Shown one piece after another: positions 10,201 to 18,060 of a DNA stretch of 64,000 nucleotides. How positions within the stretch are numbered: position 1 is the stretch's first letter; the number at the start of each line of letters is the position of its first letter. Source of the stretch: Acholeplasma sp. Its GTDB lineage: Bacteria > Bacillota_I > Bacilli_A > Acholeplasmatales > UBA5453. Location: assembly GCA_036677365.1 (NCBI GenBank), contig JAVBWN010000021.1:1-64000 (forward strand). The letters run 5' to 3'. The position numbers and the translations under genes are program-made. The notes beneath the pieces are model-generated. The model was not told the origin of the DNA and did not search any database. It saw only the letters and a list, made by a program, of their open reading frames with translations.

Positions 10201-13200
10201 AGCAATGGTGTTTATAGCAGTACCATCACCAATCGAAATGTATATGTGAGTGGCCTTGTCAATGTCAATAGTGGTGAAATGACCAATGTCTTCAACTCAG
10301 GGACATTATCATCCACAGATATTGGCGGAACTGGAATTCAGCATATCACAGGTAGTGCTAATGTATACGCAGGTGGTGTCGCAACATTTAACTATAATTT
10401 AATTCAAGATGCTGCCAATACTGGTTCACTAAACTATACAAGTACAACAACTGCTGCAACTTCATTGGTCGCAGGTACCACAGACTTATTTGGTGGGATG
10501 GTTTATGCTTTTGATGGTGGACTCGTTTTAGGTGGTGTCGTCGCTGCTTTTGGTGATAACGCCGCATCTATTTTATCTGGACATGGTCAAAATACAGGTA
10601 TGATAGCAAAACTCATCGACTCATCTAATAATGGTGATGTTTATGCAAAAGCACCACAATTTGCTAGAGCAGGTGGTGTATTAGGTATCGCATTAGGTAC
10701 TGAAGTTACAGCAGGTACAGACACTGCCACCAGTAACACAGGTGTGATTAAAAAATTTGCTACCAATACAACAGGTGCTGGTGACCCTGTCGCAAACTCA
10801 ATTTTATCTAACGGATTAAACTTTGGTAATATTTATGCTTTTACAAACCTTAGAGGGGAATATACAGGTATTGATCAACGATTAGGTATCTATTCTGCTG
10901 CAGGTGGTGTAATCGCCTATGGACTATGTAAAATGACTCGTATGTTAAACCACGGGAAAATATCGTCAAATGACGTTGCAGGCGGTATCATAGGTGCTAC
11001 CTATATTTTTGGACGTGCTGATGCGAATGGTACGATGCCAGTAACCAATGTGGATATCGATACAGCTGTTCATTATGGTCAAGTAGAAGCATTTATCCAA
11101 ACACAATACACGAACGCTACTTTCGATGGTAGAAATACAACAACTTTATACTATACTGGGTCAAGTAGAACATCATTCTTATTTGGTTCAAATACATCTA
11201 TTAGTATGGGTACAAAACCAGGATATGGTGGCATTTTCGGCAGATTCCAACGTGGTTCTTATGGTGTCATGCAATCCTCAACATTTAAAAATATCTTAAA
11301 TATGGACCAAAATATCGATATGGTTGGCCGTGCTGACCAAACGTCTGTTGGGAGTTTCTTCTTTTATCGATTTGGTCAAAAAGGTGTTCAAGATACTTTC
11401 TATTCTGCAAGAACAGGAGATACCTCACCTGCAGTAATTGTGGGATTTAATGAGGTATTAAGGACATTTAGAGTAACTACAAATAATAGCTCTAGAATTA
11501 CCATTAGAAGAGAATGGATTGCATCAAAACAGCAGTACGTTTACAAAGTAATCTTGGTTGAAATACGTGGTTCTGGAACAATAACATCAGACACAGGTAG
11601 GTTAATTGGAGAATATTTACCGGTGTCAAATTATTCATATGCGGATTTGCAGTTTGATAGATTGATTTCAAATTTAACTCAAGGATCATCTACAACATTT
11701 AGTTATGGTACTTTAACTAATATTTCTCCATCATCTGGGACAACATATGAACGTGGAATCCGATATGAATATGAAGATTTAGGCATAACAGAAGCACAAG
11801 TCTTAACTTTATTTAGTGGAGATACCGGCACCTCTGTAACAAGAACGCTTTTAACAACAAATCCGTTCAATGTTACTGTAAGAGTATATCAAAATCCAGT
11901 ACAAACTGCATTCAACTTCCCTAAAGTTCAAGATTTAACTGCTGGAGATTCAGGGTATGATCCATCTAAATTATACATTTTTGATCCGACATTCCCGTTA
12001 ATGAATCCATCACAATCAGACTTTATCTATAGAGTAACCAAAGAGGTTCTTGCCGATCGATTTAGATTGGCAGCAGATCCATTGTTTAAAAATGGTATGT
12101 ATGTCCTCGCATCTTCCAAAGGACGAGAGGCCGGGGCCGTTTTACCAGCCAACTTATCCATCAATAATTTCTATGGTTTGAAAGAACCAGACACCCCAGT
12201 TTATTACAATCTAGATAGTATTTCTGTAAGCAACCTCAACGTACCCTCGGTTGTAGATTTACCGACAGACCCGCTATATCTATCTTATAGCTCGATGTTC
12301 CAAGTACGTAAGAGCGATAAATCCTTGGTATTGCCAAAACAAGATCAACCAACGATAGGGGACTTGGTACTATATGACCCAACTGGTCAAAGTCCGACAT
12401 TAGAGGGTGGTATTATCAATAATACAGCTCGAACTATCGTGTTTAATGTGTCTCAATCCGCATTCCCAAGCAGTACAGTTACTTATGAAGCTTTACAAGC
12501 GACCCTCTCAGAAAACGCGGTCATCGCGGTATCCGGGATTACTTCAGGTACGCATGCAGGATTCAAAACCGCTTATAATGCGAGAACTACCAATATTTTA
12601 GGCGGCGCTTATAAGTTCACACACACAGGCACCTTTAATGGTAGCAATCAAGTCATATTCACGATGACTGTGTATTCTGAAGTTGCTGCCGATGATCCTA
12701 ACCTTGTGACGACTTATAAGACCGATTATACGGTTACCATCAATCGAATTGCCCAAAACTTGAACGTCACTTTGAATCAAATCTTGATGAATTCGACCAA
12801 TGTGACGCCATTACCAAGTTTGGTTGGGTCAACTTATACCGTTTCACCGTCATTCCCACTCTCACCTAGTGGTACCATCACGGTAAGATTCATTGATAAC
12901 AATACCCAATTACCACTTGGGCACAATTTAACCATCCATAGATTAACCAAGGATGGCGATACCGTAGATTCAGCGTATTACAATTTGACACTCACGCCAA
13001 AAGCATCCAACAACATATTTGGGTTTGCTATGACGTTGAGCGATGAACTCGAAAGCGGTGTTTACCGCATCGTGTTCAGCTATTATAACAGTTCGACACA
13101 GTTCAATATGGACTTTACAAAGCAAGCATCCTCGAACCGATTGATTACCAGTGTGTCTTATAGCACCTACAGTGCGGACGCTTCTGGTGGATTGATTTTC

Positions 13201-14916
13201 ACTCCAACCGGAACCAATTTCACCACATTCATCGAATTTGGTGAAATCCTCGAAGGTGTCTTGTTAAATACCAATCGAAGCATGGTTGTTACCCCAGTAT
13301 CCAATGGGTCATCACTCAATTATGTGAACACTTTGGATTATGTTCAACTCACTTTAGATGGCAATACATTGATGATCCTTAGAGTTTCTCCGTTTGCTTC
13401 AATCACAGCAGCTACCGTTCGTTATCAATATGGTGGTGATGGTAGAAAAAGTTACATTTTCAATTACACGATTGTCAACGAATTGAATCAATCGACTGTA
13501 ATCACACACACCGTTACTGAAAGACAGTTATCGAATTTTATTGTTTATAAGGACGGTAACCAGCAATTTGCATACCCTGTCCAAGTAACCAGAGAAGCAT
13601 TAACCACCAACATTCAAATTGACTTTAGACTTCAAGATGTGACTTTATATGATAACATTACGACTGTCATTACCGACACAAATGGTGTATTCGTACCAAC
13701 CGAAAGTCAAATCACATTCTTCATTGATGATGGGTATGCAATGATCATCACATTCGAGTTGGGTGTAGGTGAAAAGACTTATGCATTCACCTTAAACCGT
13801 GAAGGCAGTGTTACCTACAACTTGGGTAGTGTTGTCATTCGTAAAAACTTGGGGGTCAGTGCTTATCTAAACGATATCCGATTCCAAATCAACAGTGATA
13901 TCACCCTGAAATACCCGACGATTTATCAAATTAACTCAGATGGTTCAACGGTCACACCAAGTGATTATGACCCACGTGTGTTCTTTGAAGGCATCGATTA
14001 TGATGGTGCGGACACTGCAGGTGTGCAATATTTCCGAATCAATGGCGAAGTATCCGATATTGACTTATCCAATTATTATCCAGATTTCACTTTACCAATT
14101 GGGGCCATCATTCAAAGACAAGTTGGTCCAAACAGCTGGTCAAATGATTTATCTGGTAACTTTACAAGTGAAGTTGAAGATGTCAACACTGTGGTGCGTT
14201 ACCGTATTTTGTCGGAACAAACCAACGCGAACAACCCTGGTGTACTCACAGACATTGTCGATTCAACGATTGTCTACTATGATTTGACAGTCATTGATAT
14301 CTTGTATAACTTAACCATTCGCTTTACGCTATTCTACCGATTTGGCAATGGTACGATTGTACCTGCTGGGGATCCAACCTCACCAATCAAAAACAGTGTC
14401 ATATTGATCATAGTTAAGAATTATGAAACAGAAGAGACATTTACTCCAACCATCAGTATTGACCCTGTCACGGGTAGAATCATTTATCCATTTGAAGGTG
14501 GCATTATCAGTTATACCGCTGGGGTAAGAAACCAATCTACTTTATTCTATTACCCATTACCAGCCAATATCACAGATTATTTGTACACCTTTGGTAAAAA
14601 TAAGACCGGAGTATACAACTTCTCGATTGTTAGCCCTAAATACACTGGGGTAACCACCGGTAATCTGGTCAATGGTTTGCGTTATGATTACAATATTTAC
14701 TTGCGTACGGGCGTAACTGGCAGCGGTACATACCCATGGAATGACGATAAGTATAAACTCCCTGTGTTTGATAACACTGGTGAAATCATTGGTAAATACT
14801 ATTATGTTTTGGGTACGAACCGTCAAATCATTCGTGAGTTCGCGATTGTCATCGAAGAAAGTACGTTAGGTAGCCAATGGGGTCTATACGACGACTATAC
14901 CAGTTGGGATAATTAA
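7297..14916 (+). CDS. Giant secreted/surface protein (~2539 aa) with GLUG-like beta-helix repeats and C-terminal beta-sandwich domains; putative adhesin
   Basis: N-terminal hydrophobic helix; two IxxxxDL / Y.L..D[IV]D / F.G.F.G modules; many [VIA]GG[IV].G and N.G repeats; Thr/Asn/Ser/Gly-rich; YTVTINR-type Ig-like strands; no C-terminal TM or LPXTG. ATG 7297 follows GGAG (track start is GTG 7288). Confidence 0.75.
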   Translation: MIKNIFKKLIITLMMSVFVLAVFFEIAKRVPITPGLDDQVQTSVFNNGFFDTNLTKANKAEPMVTFSQIQTIIVTHMNQSFSTPDARDTSMLSAISTLVGTKRIAIETADDLYNFSTAVSWNWINTANYANYFYYKTVSYLLDQDYALVSDIDYRNMRAKTFNPIGIDLDLPIDYDPNTPGEQDPIFPFTGSFDGQGFSISNLYVSGYSYVTVDYSFDGTEQNSQIFSLIQSYSMFALIGETGVVKNLTVRNPNFELLDAPEGLTKAAMFVGTNHGTIYNVSVIDTKTNAQGASIAGIRFNVLFVQAGTTFTAAGFAHTNAATGKIYNSFFISDKVMADGSRSRFNVRPFVYTNSGTISGVAYDQLLIPNVDSTTLPQSFPNYTQAQFRSGTASGSPISINNTNLQTLYGETRQWNYYVQDGFPILFKLTYVSGAFEIANEMDLIAFNKLINYNTPYNGITYDTHNYRLTDDVDMRNIKGYVTPTKEFKGTFSGGTSEFSSSSTNTNKYIYNMTIDKPVIIGNNYYMGLFSILSGTVRNINLMNNQMNLTLTADNYGRTFNVGSIAGVSTGTIRNIVSDTDIQTGTAAIGRSFIGGIAGSAQGSVTYVANLGIIDGNAHNFNNLTINGLFSIGGILGSTTGTTLILTNSINLGEIRGIGLASGSQFNVAVGSSIQNRVGGIIGEVTNTASTNHSFYYVTNEGKVAANDFTGKSGGTVQNFIGGIFGEVQGLAFQITNPTNPITFRNGRWQNKGIIEANHINTFTTTNSAGIGVVSTTTTKAEFTYMTNSGGFNFPNLNYQNHNTYVFYSATILDNSTGGVKLSRAYNTANFTFGPSYFNNTSGITVTTIRIAPFFVSKNSMDKDLLFVENKGQILVGSISATTSNVAVELEVAGITLSNNVYYNNVINSGDIRLLRLNQSAEVWVSGISKRLSYNSTLNDEYTMKNSINKGAIVTALISGNTAVSGTSSNGVYSSTITNRNVYVSGLVNVNSGEMTNVFNSGTLSSTDIGGTGIQHITGSANVYAGGVATFNYNLIQDAANTGSLNYTSTTTAATSLVAGTTDLFGGMVYAFDGGLVLGGVVAAFGDNAASILSGHGQNTGMIAKLIDSSNNGDVYAKAPQFARAGGVLGIALGTEVTAGTDTATSNTGVIKKFATNTTGAGDPVANSILSNGLNFGNIYAFTNLRGEYTGIDQRLGIYSAAGGVIAYGLCKMTRMLNHGKISSNDVAGGIIGATYIFGRADANGTMPVTNVDIDTAVHYGQVEAFIQTQYTNATFDGRNTTTLYYTGSSRTSFLFGSNTSISMGTKPGYGGIFGRFQRGSYGVMQSSTFKNILNMDQNIDMVGRADQTSVGSFFFYRFGQKGVQDTFYSARTGDTSPAVIVGFNEVLRTFRVTTNNSSRITIRREWIASKQQYVYKVILVEIRGSGTITSDTGRLIGEYLPVSNYSYADLQFDRLISNLTQGSSTTFSYGTLTNISPSSGTTYERGIRYEYEDLGITEAQVLTLFSGDTGTSVTRTLLTTNPFNVTVRVYQNPVQTAFNFPKVQDLTAGDSGYDPSKLYIFDPTFPLMNPSQSDFIYRVTKEVLADRFRLAADPLFKNGMYVLASSKGREAGAVLPANLSINNFYGLKEPDTPVYYNLDSISVSNLNVPSVVDLPTDPLYLSYSSMFQVRKSDKSLVLPKQDQPTIGDLVLYDPTGQSPTLEGGIINNTARTIVFNVSQSAFPSSTVTYEALQATLSENAVIAVSGITSGTHAGFKTAYNARTTNILGGAYKFTHTGTFNGSNQVIFTMTVYSEVAADDPNLVTTYKTDYTVTINRIAQNLNVTLNQILMNSTNVTPLPSLVGSTYTVSPSFPLSPSGTITVRFIDNNTQLPLGHNLTIHRLTKDGDTVDSAYYNLTLTPKASNNIFGFAMTLSDELESGVYRIVFSYYNSSTQFNMDFTKQASSNRLITSVSYSTYSADASGGLIFTPTGTNFTTFIEFGEILEGVLLNTNRSMVVTPVSNGSSLNYVNTLDYVQLTLDGNTLMILRVSPFASITAATVRYQYGGDGRKSYIFNYTIVNELNQSTVITHTVTERQLSNFIVYKDGNQQFAYPVQVTREALTTNIQIDFRLQDVTLYDNITTVITDTNGVFVPTESQITFFIDDGYAMIITFELGVGEKTYAFTLNREGSVTYNLGSVVIRKNLGVSAYLNDIRFQINSDITLKYPTIYQINSDGSTVTPSDYDPRVFFEGIDYDGADTAGVQYFRINGEVSDIDLSNYYPDFTLPIGAIIQRQVGPNSWSNDLSGNFTSEVEDVNTVVRYRILSEQTNANNPGVLTDIVDSTIVYYDLTVIDILYNLTIRFTLFYRFGNGTIVPAGDPTSPIKNSVILIIVKNYETEETFTPTISIDPVTGRIIYPFEGGIISYTAGVRNQSTLFYYPLPANITDYLYTFGKNKTGVYNFSIVSPKYTGVTTGNLVNGLRYDYNIYLRTGVTGSGTYPWNDDKYKLPVFDNTGEIIGKYYYVLGTNRQIIREFAIVIEESTLGSQWGLYDDYTSWDN

Positions 14917-14923
14917 ATCATTG

Positions 14924-14959
14924 AAAGACATACGACTCAAAAAAGTATGTCTTTTTTTT
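14924..14959 (+). terminator. Intrinsic terminator closing the fibre/adhesin operon
   Basis: AAAGACATAC/GTATGTCTTT stem followed by a T run. Confidence 0.8.
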
Positions 14960-14968
14960 GAATACCTC

Positions 14969-14999
14969 TTGACACATCATACTATGTAATGTATAGTAT
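14969..14999 (+). promoter_or_regulatory. padR promoter with overlapping palindromic operator
   Basis: TTGACA (14969-74), 17 bp, TATAGT (14992-97); perfect inverted repeat ATACTAT-N7-ATAGTAT (14979-14999) overlaps the -10. Confidence 0.75.
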
Positions 15000-15018
15000 T
15001 GTGTGAAGGGAGGTATTC

Positions 15019-15324
15019 ATGATGGATCCGCAATTGAAAAAAGGCTTTCTCGAAATTCTCGTTCTCGCTTCATTGAAGGAAGAACCTTCATATGGATACA
15101 AGATCATTCAGGATGTATCATCAATCATCGATATCTCCGAATCGACGTTATACCCCATACTGAAGCGACTTGAACAACAGGCATTCGTTAAAACATACAC
15201 AGAACAACACCAATCTCGATTACGTAAGTACTATATGATTACCACTTTAGGTAAACATGAGATTGAAAAAGCAGAGGCAGATTTTGTTGAAATATCGAAA
15301 ATCTACCGTTATATTTTGAGGTGA
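15019..15324 (+). CDS. PadR family transcriptional regulator
   Basis: QLKKG.LE..VL..L....YGY.I, ESTLYP.L.RLE, RKYY.IT..G. Confidence 0.93.
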   Translation: MMDPQLKKGFLEILVLASLKEEPSYGYKIIQDVSSIIDISESTLYPILKRLEQQAFVKTYTEQHQSRLRKYYMITTLGKHEIEKAEADFVEISKIYRYILR

Positions 15325-15327
15325 CCT

Positions 15328-15870
15328 ATGACAAAATTAGCATTTTTACAAGCATTAAAAGAGGGTTTAGCAACCTACAGTGACGCATCAGAAATTTTAA
15401 ATTATTATGAGGAACTCATCGATGAAGCGGTCGCAAGCGGTGAAATTGAAGCTGAGTTCATTCACAAGTTGGGTAGCGTCGAACAAATCATCCGCACCTT
15501 GAAGAAGGATGCGAACTTTAAGCTGAAAGTCAAAAATCGTGAAAACTACATGCTGCGTGAAGTCATTTCACAAGCATCCAAGGGGATTGCATTATTTTTT
15601 ACAGTCATCGGGGTCATCGTCCTTGGTAGCATCAGCATTTCATTCATTTCGAGTGGTGGGGTATCATTCATCACCTACTTGGTATTTTTATTGACTAAAG
15701 ATGTCTCACGTGTGGAAGTATTGATTTATTATGTGAGTTCGATGGTCTTAGGCATTGGTTTGGTGTTGGTTGGGGTAGTGATCATTACCACACTCATCCG
15801 TAAAACCAAAGTTTGGCTAGATCAAGCCATCATCAAAATTGATCAATTACTTAAAAGGAGACACAAATGA
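15328..15870 (+). CDS. DUF1700/HAAS-domain membrane protein
   Basis: MTK..FL..L...L, EIL.YYEE.IDE....G..E...I.KLG, then TM helices; typical PadR-DUF1700-DUF4097 context. Confidence 0.8.
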   Translation: MTKLAFLQALKEGLATYSDASEILNYYEELIDEAVASGEIEAEFIHKLGSVEQIIRTLKKDANFKLKVKNRENYMLREVISQASKGIALFFTVIGVIVLGSISISFISSGGVSFITYLVFLLTKDVSRVEVLIYYVSSMVLGIGLVLVGVVIITTLIRKTKVWLDQAIIKIDQLLKRRHK

Positions 15871-16748
15871 AAACCATTCTAAAAATCGGTATCATATTCA
15901 TCATATTAGGGGCCATATCTGTAACGGTATTTGGCTTGCTTGCACAACCATATCTCGAAGAACAAATGGTCTTTACAGATCAAAATTTAGACTACGATGG
16001 GGATGCTTTCACAAGAATCGATGTATCATTTTATAATAACCCAGTCGTCATTAAACCCAGTGCCGATGATCAAATTCATATCGACTTTAAAACCGATCAA
16101 TATGAAGAATTGACCATCACCGAAGACAACAACATACTATCCATTGTTGTCACCAGTGATTGGTGGGATTATGTTAAAAATCCACTCCACTGGTTTAGTT
16201 TCAACAACATCACTGTGAATCGTACAGTAACGATTGAATTGCCAAGTGTGCTCTATAACATCACTGTAAGAACTTCAAATGGTGCGATTTCACTCGATGA
16301 TTTGACCTTACAAAGTGCTGTATTACGCACATCCAATGGTCGAATCAACGTCAGAAACGCATCCATTCCAATCTTAACGATGTCCTCTTCCAACGGCAAA
16401 CTCTATTTGAACGATGTCATTTCTACCACCATTGAATTGGCTACTTCCAATGGTGAAATTGAAATGATCGATGTGAATGCAAACGCCATAGACGCTGAAA
16501 CATCCAATGGCCCAATCAATGGTAGTGGGATCATCTCGAATGATTTTAGAGTCAGCACTTCCAATGGTGCAATCGATGTGAGCATTGTCGGGGTATTTGA
16601 AGACTATAAAGTCAAAACAAGAACATCCAATGGCACAGTGAAAATCAATGGTAGTACGTATGGTAACGATACATATCACACCACCAAAACCCCTTATATA
16701 GAAGCCATCACATCCAATGGCAACATCAGAATCCAATTCGAAGACTAG
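15867..16748 (+). CDS. DUF4097 family beta-strand repeat protein
   Basis: N-terminal TM and eight (T/S)SNG.[IVL] repeats. Confidence 0.85.
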   Translation: MKTILKIGIIFIILGAISVTVFGLLAQPYLEEQMVFTDQNLDYDGDAFTRIDVSFYNNPVVIKPSADDQIHIDFKTDQYEELTITEDNNILSIVVTSDWWDYVKNPLHWFSFNNITVNRTVTIELPSVLYNITVRTSNGAISLDDLTLQSAVLRTSNGRINVRNASIPILTMSSSNGKLYLNDVISTTIELATSNGEIEMIDVNANAIDAETSNGPINGSGIISNDFRVSTSNGAIDVSIVGVFEDYKVKTRTSNGTVKINGSTYGNDTYHTTKTPYIEAITSNGNIRIQFED

Positions 16749-16770
16749 TCTACCGACGGGTCTTTTTTTT
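16741..16770 (+). terminator. Intrinsic terminator after the DUF4097 gene
   Basis: AAGACTAGTC/GACGGGTCTT imperfect stem plus T run. Confidence 0.55.
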
Positions 16771-16798
16771 GGTATAATGAGGGTATTGAGGACTATAT

Positions 16799-17248
16799 AT
16801 GGAAAAAATCATCGTTTCTACCGCTTTTGGTCATGTAAAAATTGAATCTGAAATGCATCAAATTACCCATTTAGACTTGACACAAGAACCTTTATCACCT
16901 GAGTCAAATAACCCCGTATTGAATCAAGCAGCAAACCAAATCAAAGCATATTTTGATGGTAAAAAAGTCACGTTTAATTTGCCGTTAAATCCAGCAGGCA
17001 CGCCATTTCAACGCGCTGTTTGGCAAGCTTTAACGGAGATTCTTTACGGTGAAACGCGCAGTTATCAAGACATCGCCATCAAAATTGGTAACCCCAAGGC
17101 TGTCAGAGCGGTGGGTGGGGCAGTGAATAAAAACCCCATCATGATTGTCATCCCATGTCACCGTGTGATTGGTAAGGATGGGTCATTGGTTGGTTTTTAT
17201 GGCGGACTTGAACTCAAACAACGGTTGTTGGATTTGGAAAAAAGGTAA
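16799..17248 (+). CDS. ogt: Methylated-DNA-protein-cysteine methyltransferase
   Basis: GTPFQRAVW, YGETRSY, RAVG.A...NP, active site IPCHRV. Confidence 0.95.
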   Translation: MEKIIVSTAFGHVKIESEMHQITHLDLTQEPLSPESNNPVLNQAANQIKAYFDGKKVTFNLPLNPAGTPFQRAVWQALTEILYGETRSYQDIAIKIGNPKAVRAVGGAVNKNPIMIVIPCHRVIGKDGSLVGFYGGLELKQRLLDLEKR

Positions 17249-17254
17249 TCGGTT

Positions 17255-17872
17255 ATGCTATTTTCATATGACAATAAAGCACTAGATTACCTTAGAAAGA
17301 AAGACAAAAAACTCGCTGGTGTGATCGATTTGATTGGACCCATCGAACGCCACATCAACCCAGATTTGTTTGAATCGTTGGTCAGTTCGATTGTCGCTCA
17401 ACAAATTTCTGGTAAGGCTTTTGAAACGGTCTTTGCTCGACTAAAAGCAAAATCACCCATCACCCCTGAAGGCATCCTCAGTTTGTCCATCAATGACATC
17501 CAATCCTGTGGTATGAGCTTAAAAAAAGCATCGTATATTCAAAGCGCTGCGACGTATTTCAATCATATCGATATCGAAACCCTCAAAACCATGACCAATG
17601 AAGCACTCATCGAACACTTGGTACAGTTGAAGGGCATTGGTCAGTGGACGGCAGAGATGTTACTCATTTTTTCGCTCAACCGGATGGATGTCTTTTCTAA
17701 AAAAGACCTGGCCATCCGCCGTGGGATCAGCATGTTGTATCACCACGCTAAAATCACCGAAGCGCTGTTGGACAAATACCACAAGCGCTACAGTCCATAC
17801 GCCTCCTTAGCCTCATTATATTTATGGGAAATCTCAAGCGGACGCTATGGGCACGTCGATCATCAAAAATAA
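17255..17872 (+). CDS. alkA: DNA-3-methyladenine glycosylase II (AlkA family, HhH-GPD)
   Basis: FESLVSSIVAQQIS, LKGIGQWTAEM.LIFSL.R.DVF...DL, PY.S.ASLYLW. Confidence 0.88.
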   Translation: MLFSYDNKALDYLRKKDKKLAGVIDLIGPIERHINPDLFESLVSSIVAQQISGKAFETVFARLKAKSPITPEGILSLSINDIQSCGMSLKKASYIQSAATYFNHIDIETLKTMTNEALIEHLVQLKGIGQWTAEMLLIFSLNRMDVFSKKDLAIRRGISMLYHHAKITEALLDKYHKRYSPYASLASLYLWEISSGRYGHVDHQK

Positions 17873-17879
17873 TGCATAA

Positions 17880-17906
17880 AAATCATCTGAAAAGGATGGT
17901 TTTTTT
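17880..17906 (+). terminator. Intrinsic terminator after alkA
   Basis: AAATCATC/GATGGTTT stem plus T run. Confidence 0.55.
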
Positions 17907-18060
17907 GTTTTTTCCGAAAAAAGACGTGAAAATCCCATGCCTAAAACATCCCTAAAAAAGACTGAAAAACCACTGTTTAGTTTCATTTTAAACAAGGTAT
18001 TTTCATGATTTTCATGACCCAAGGGTTGATATAATAGGAACACAAAAGGGAGGTGAGCCT

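Noticed and set aside
16270..16725. Regularly recurring (A/T)CCAATGG units that resemble a repeat array or CRISPR
   Set aside because: They are the in-frame codons of the TSNG repeats of the DUF4097 protein and are too short and degenerate for CRISPR repeats. No cas genes are present.
17990..18060. Canonical LexA (Cheo) box before the Y-family polymerase
   Set aside because: GAAC at ~18038 is not followed by GTTC at the required spacing.
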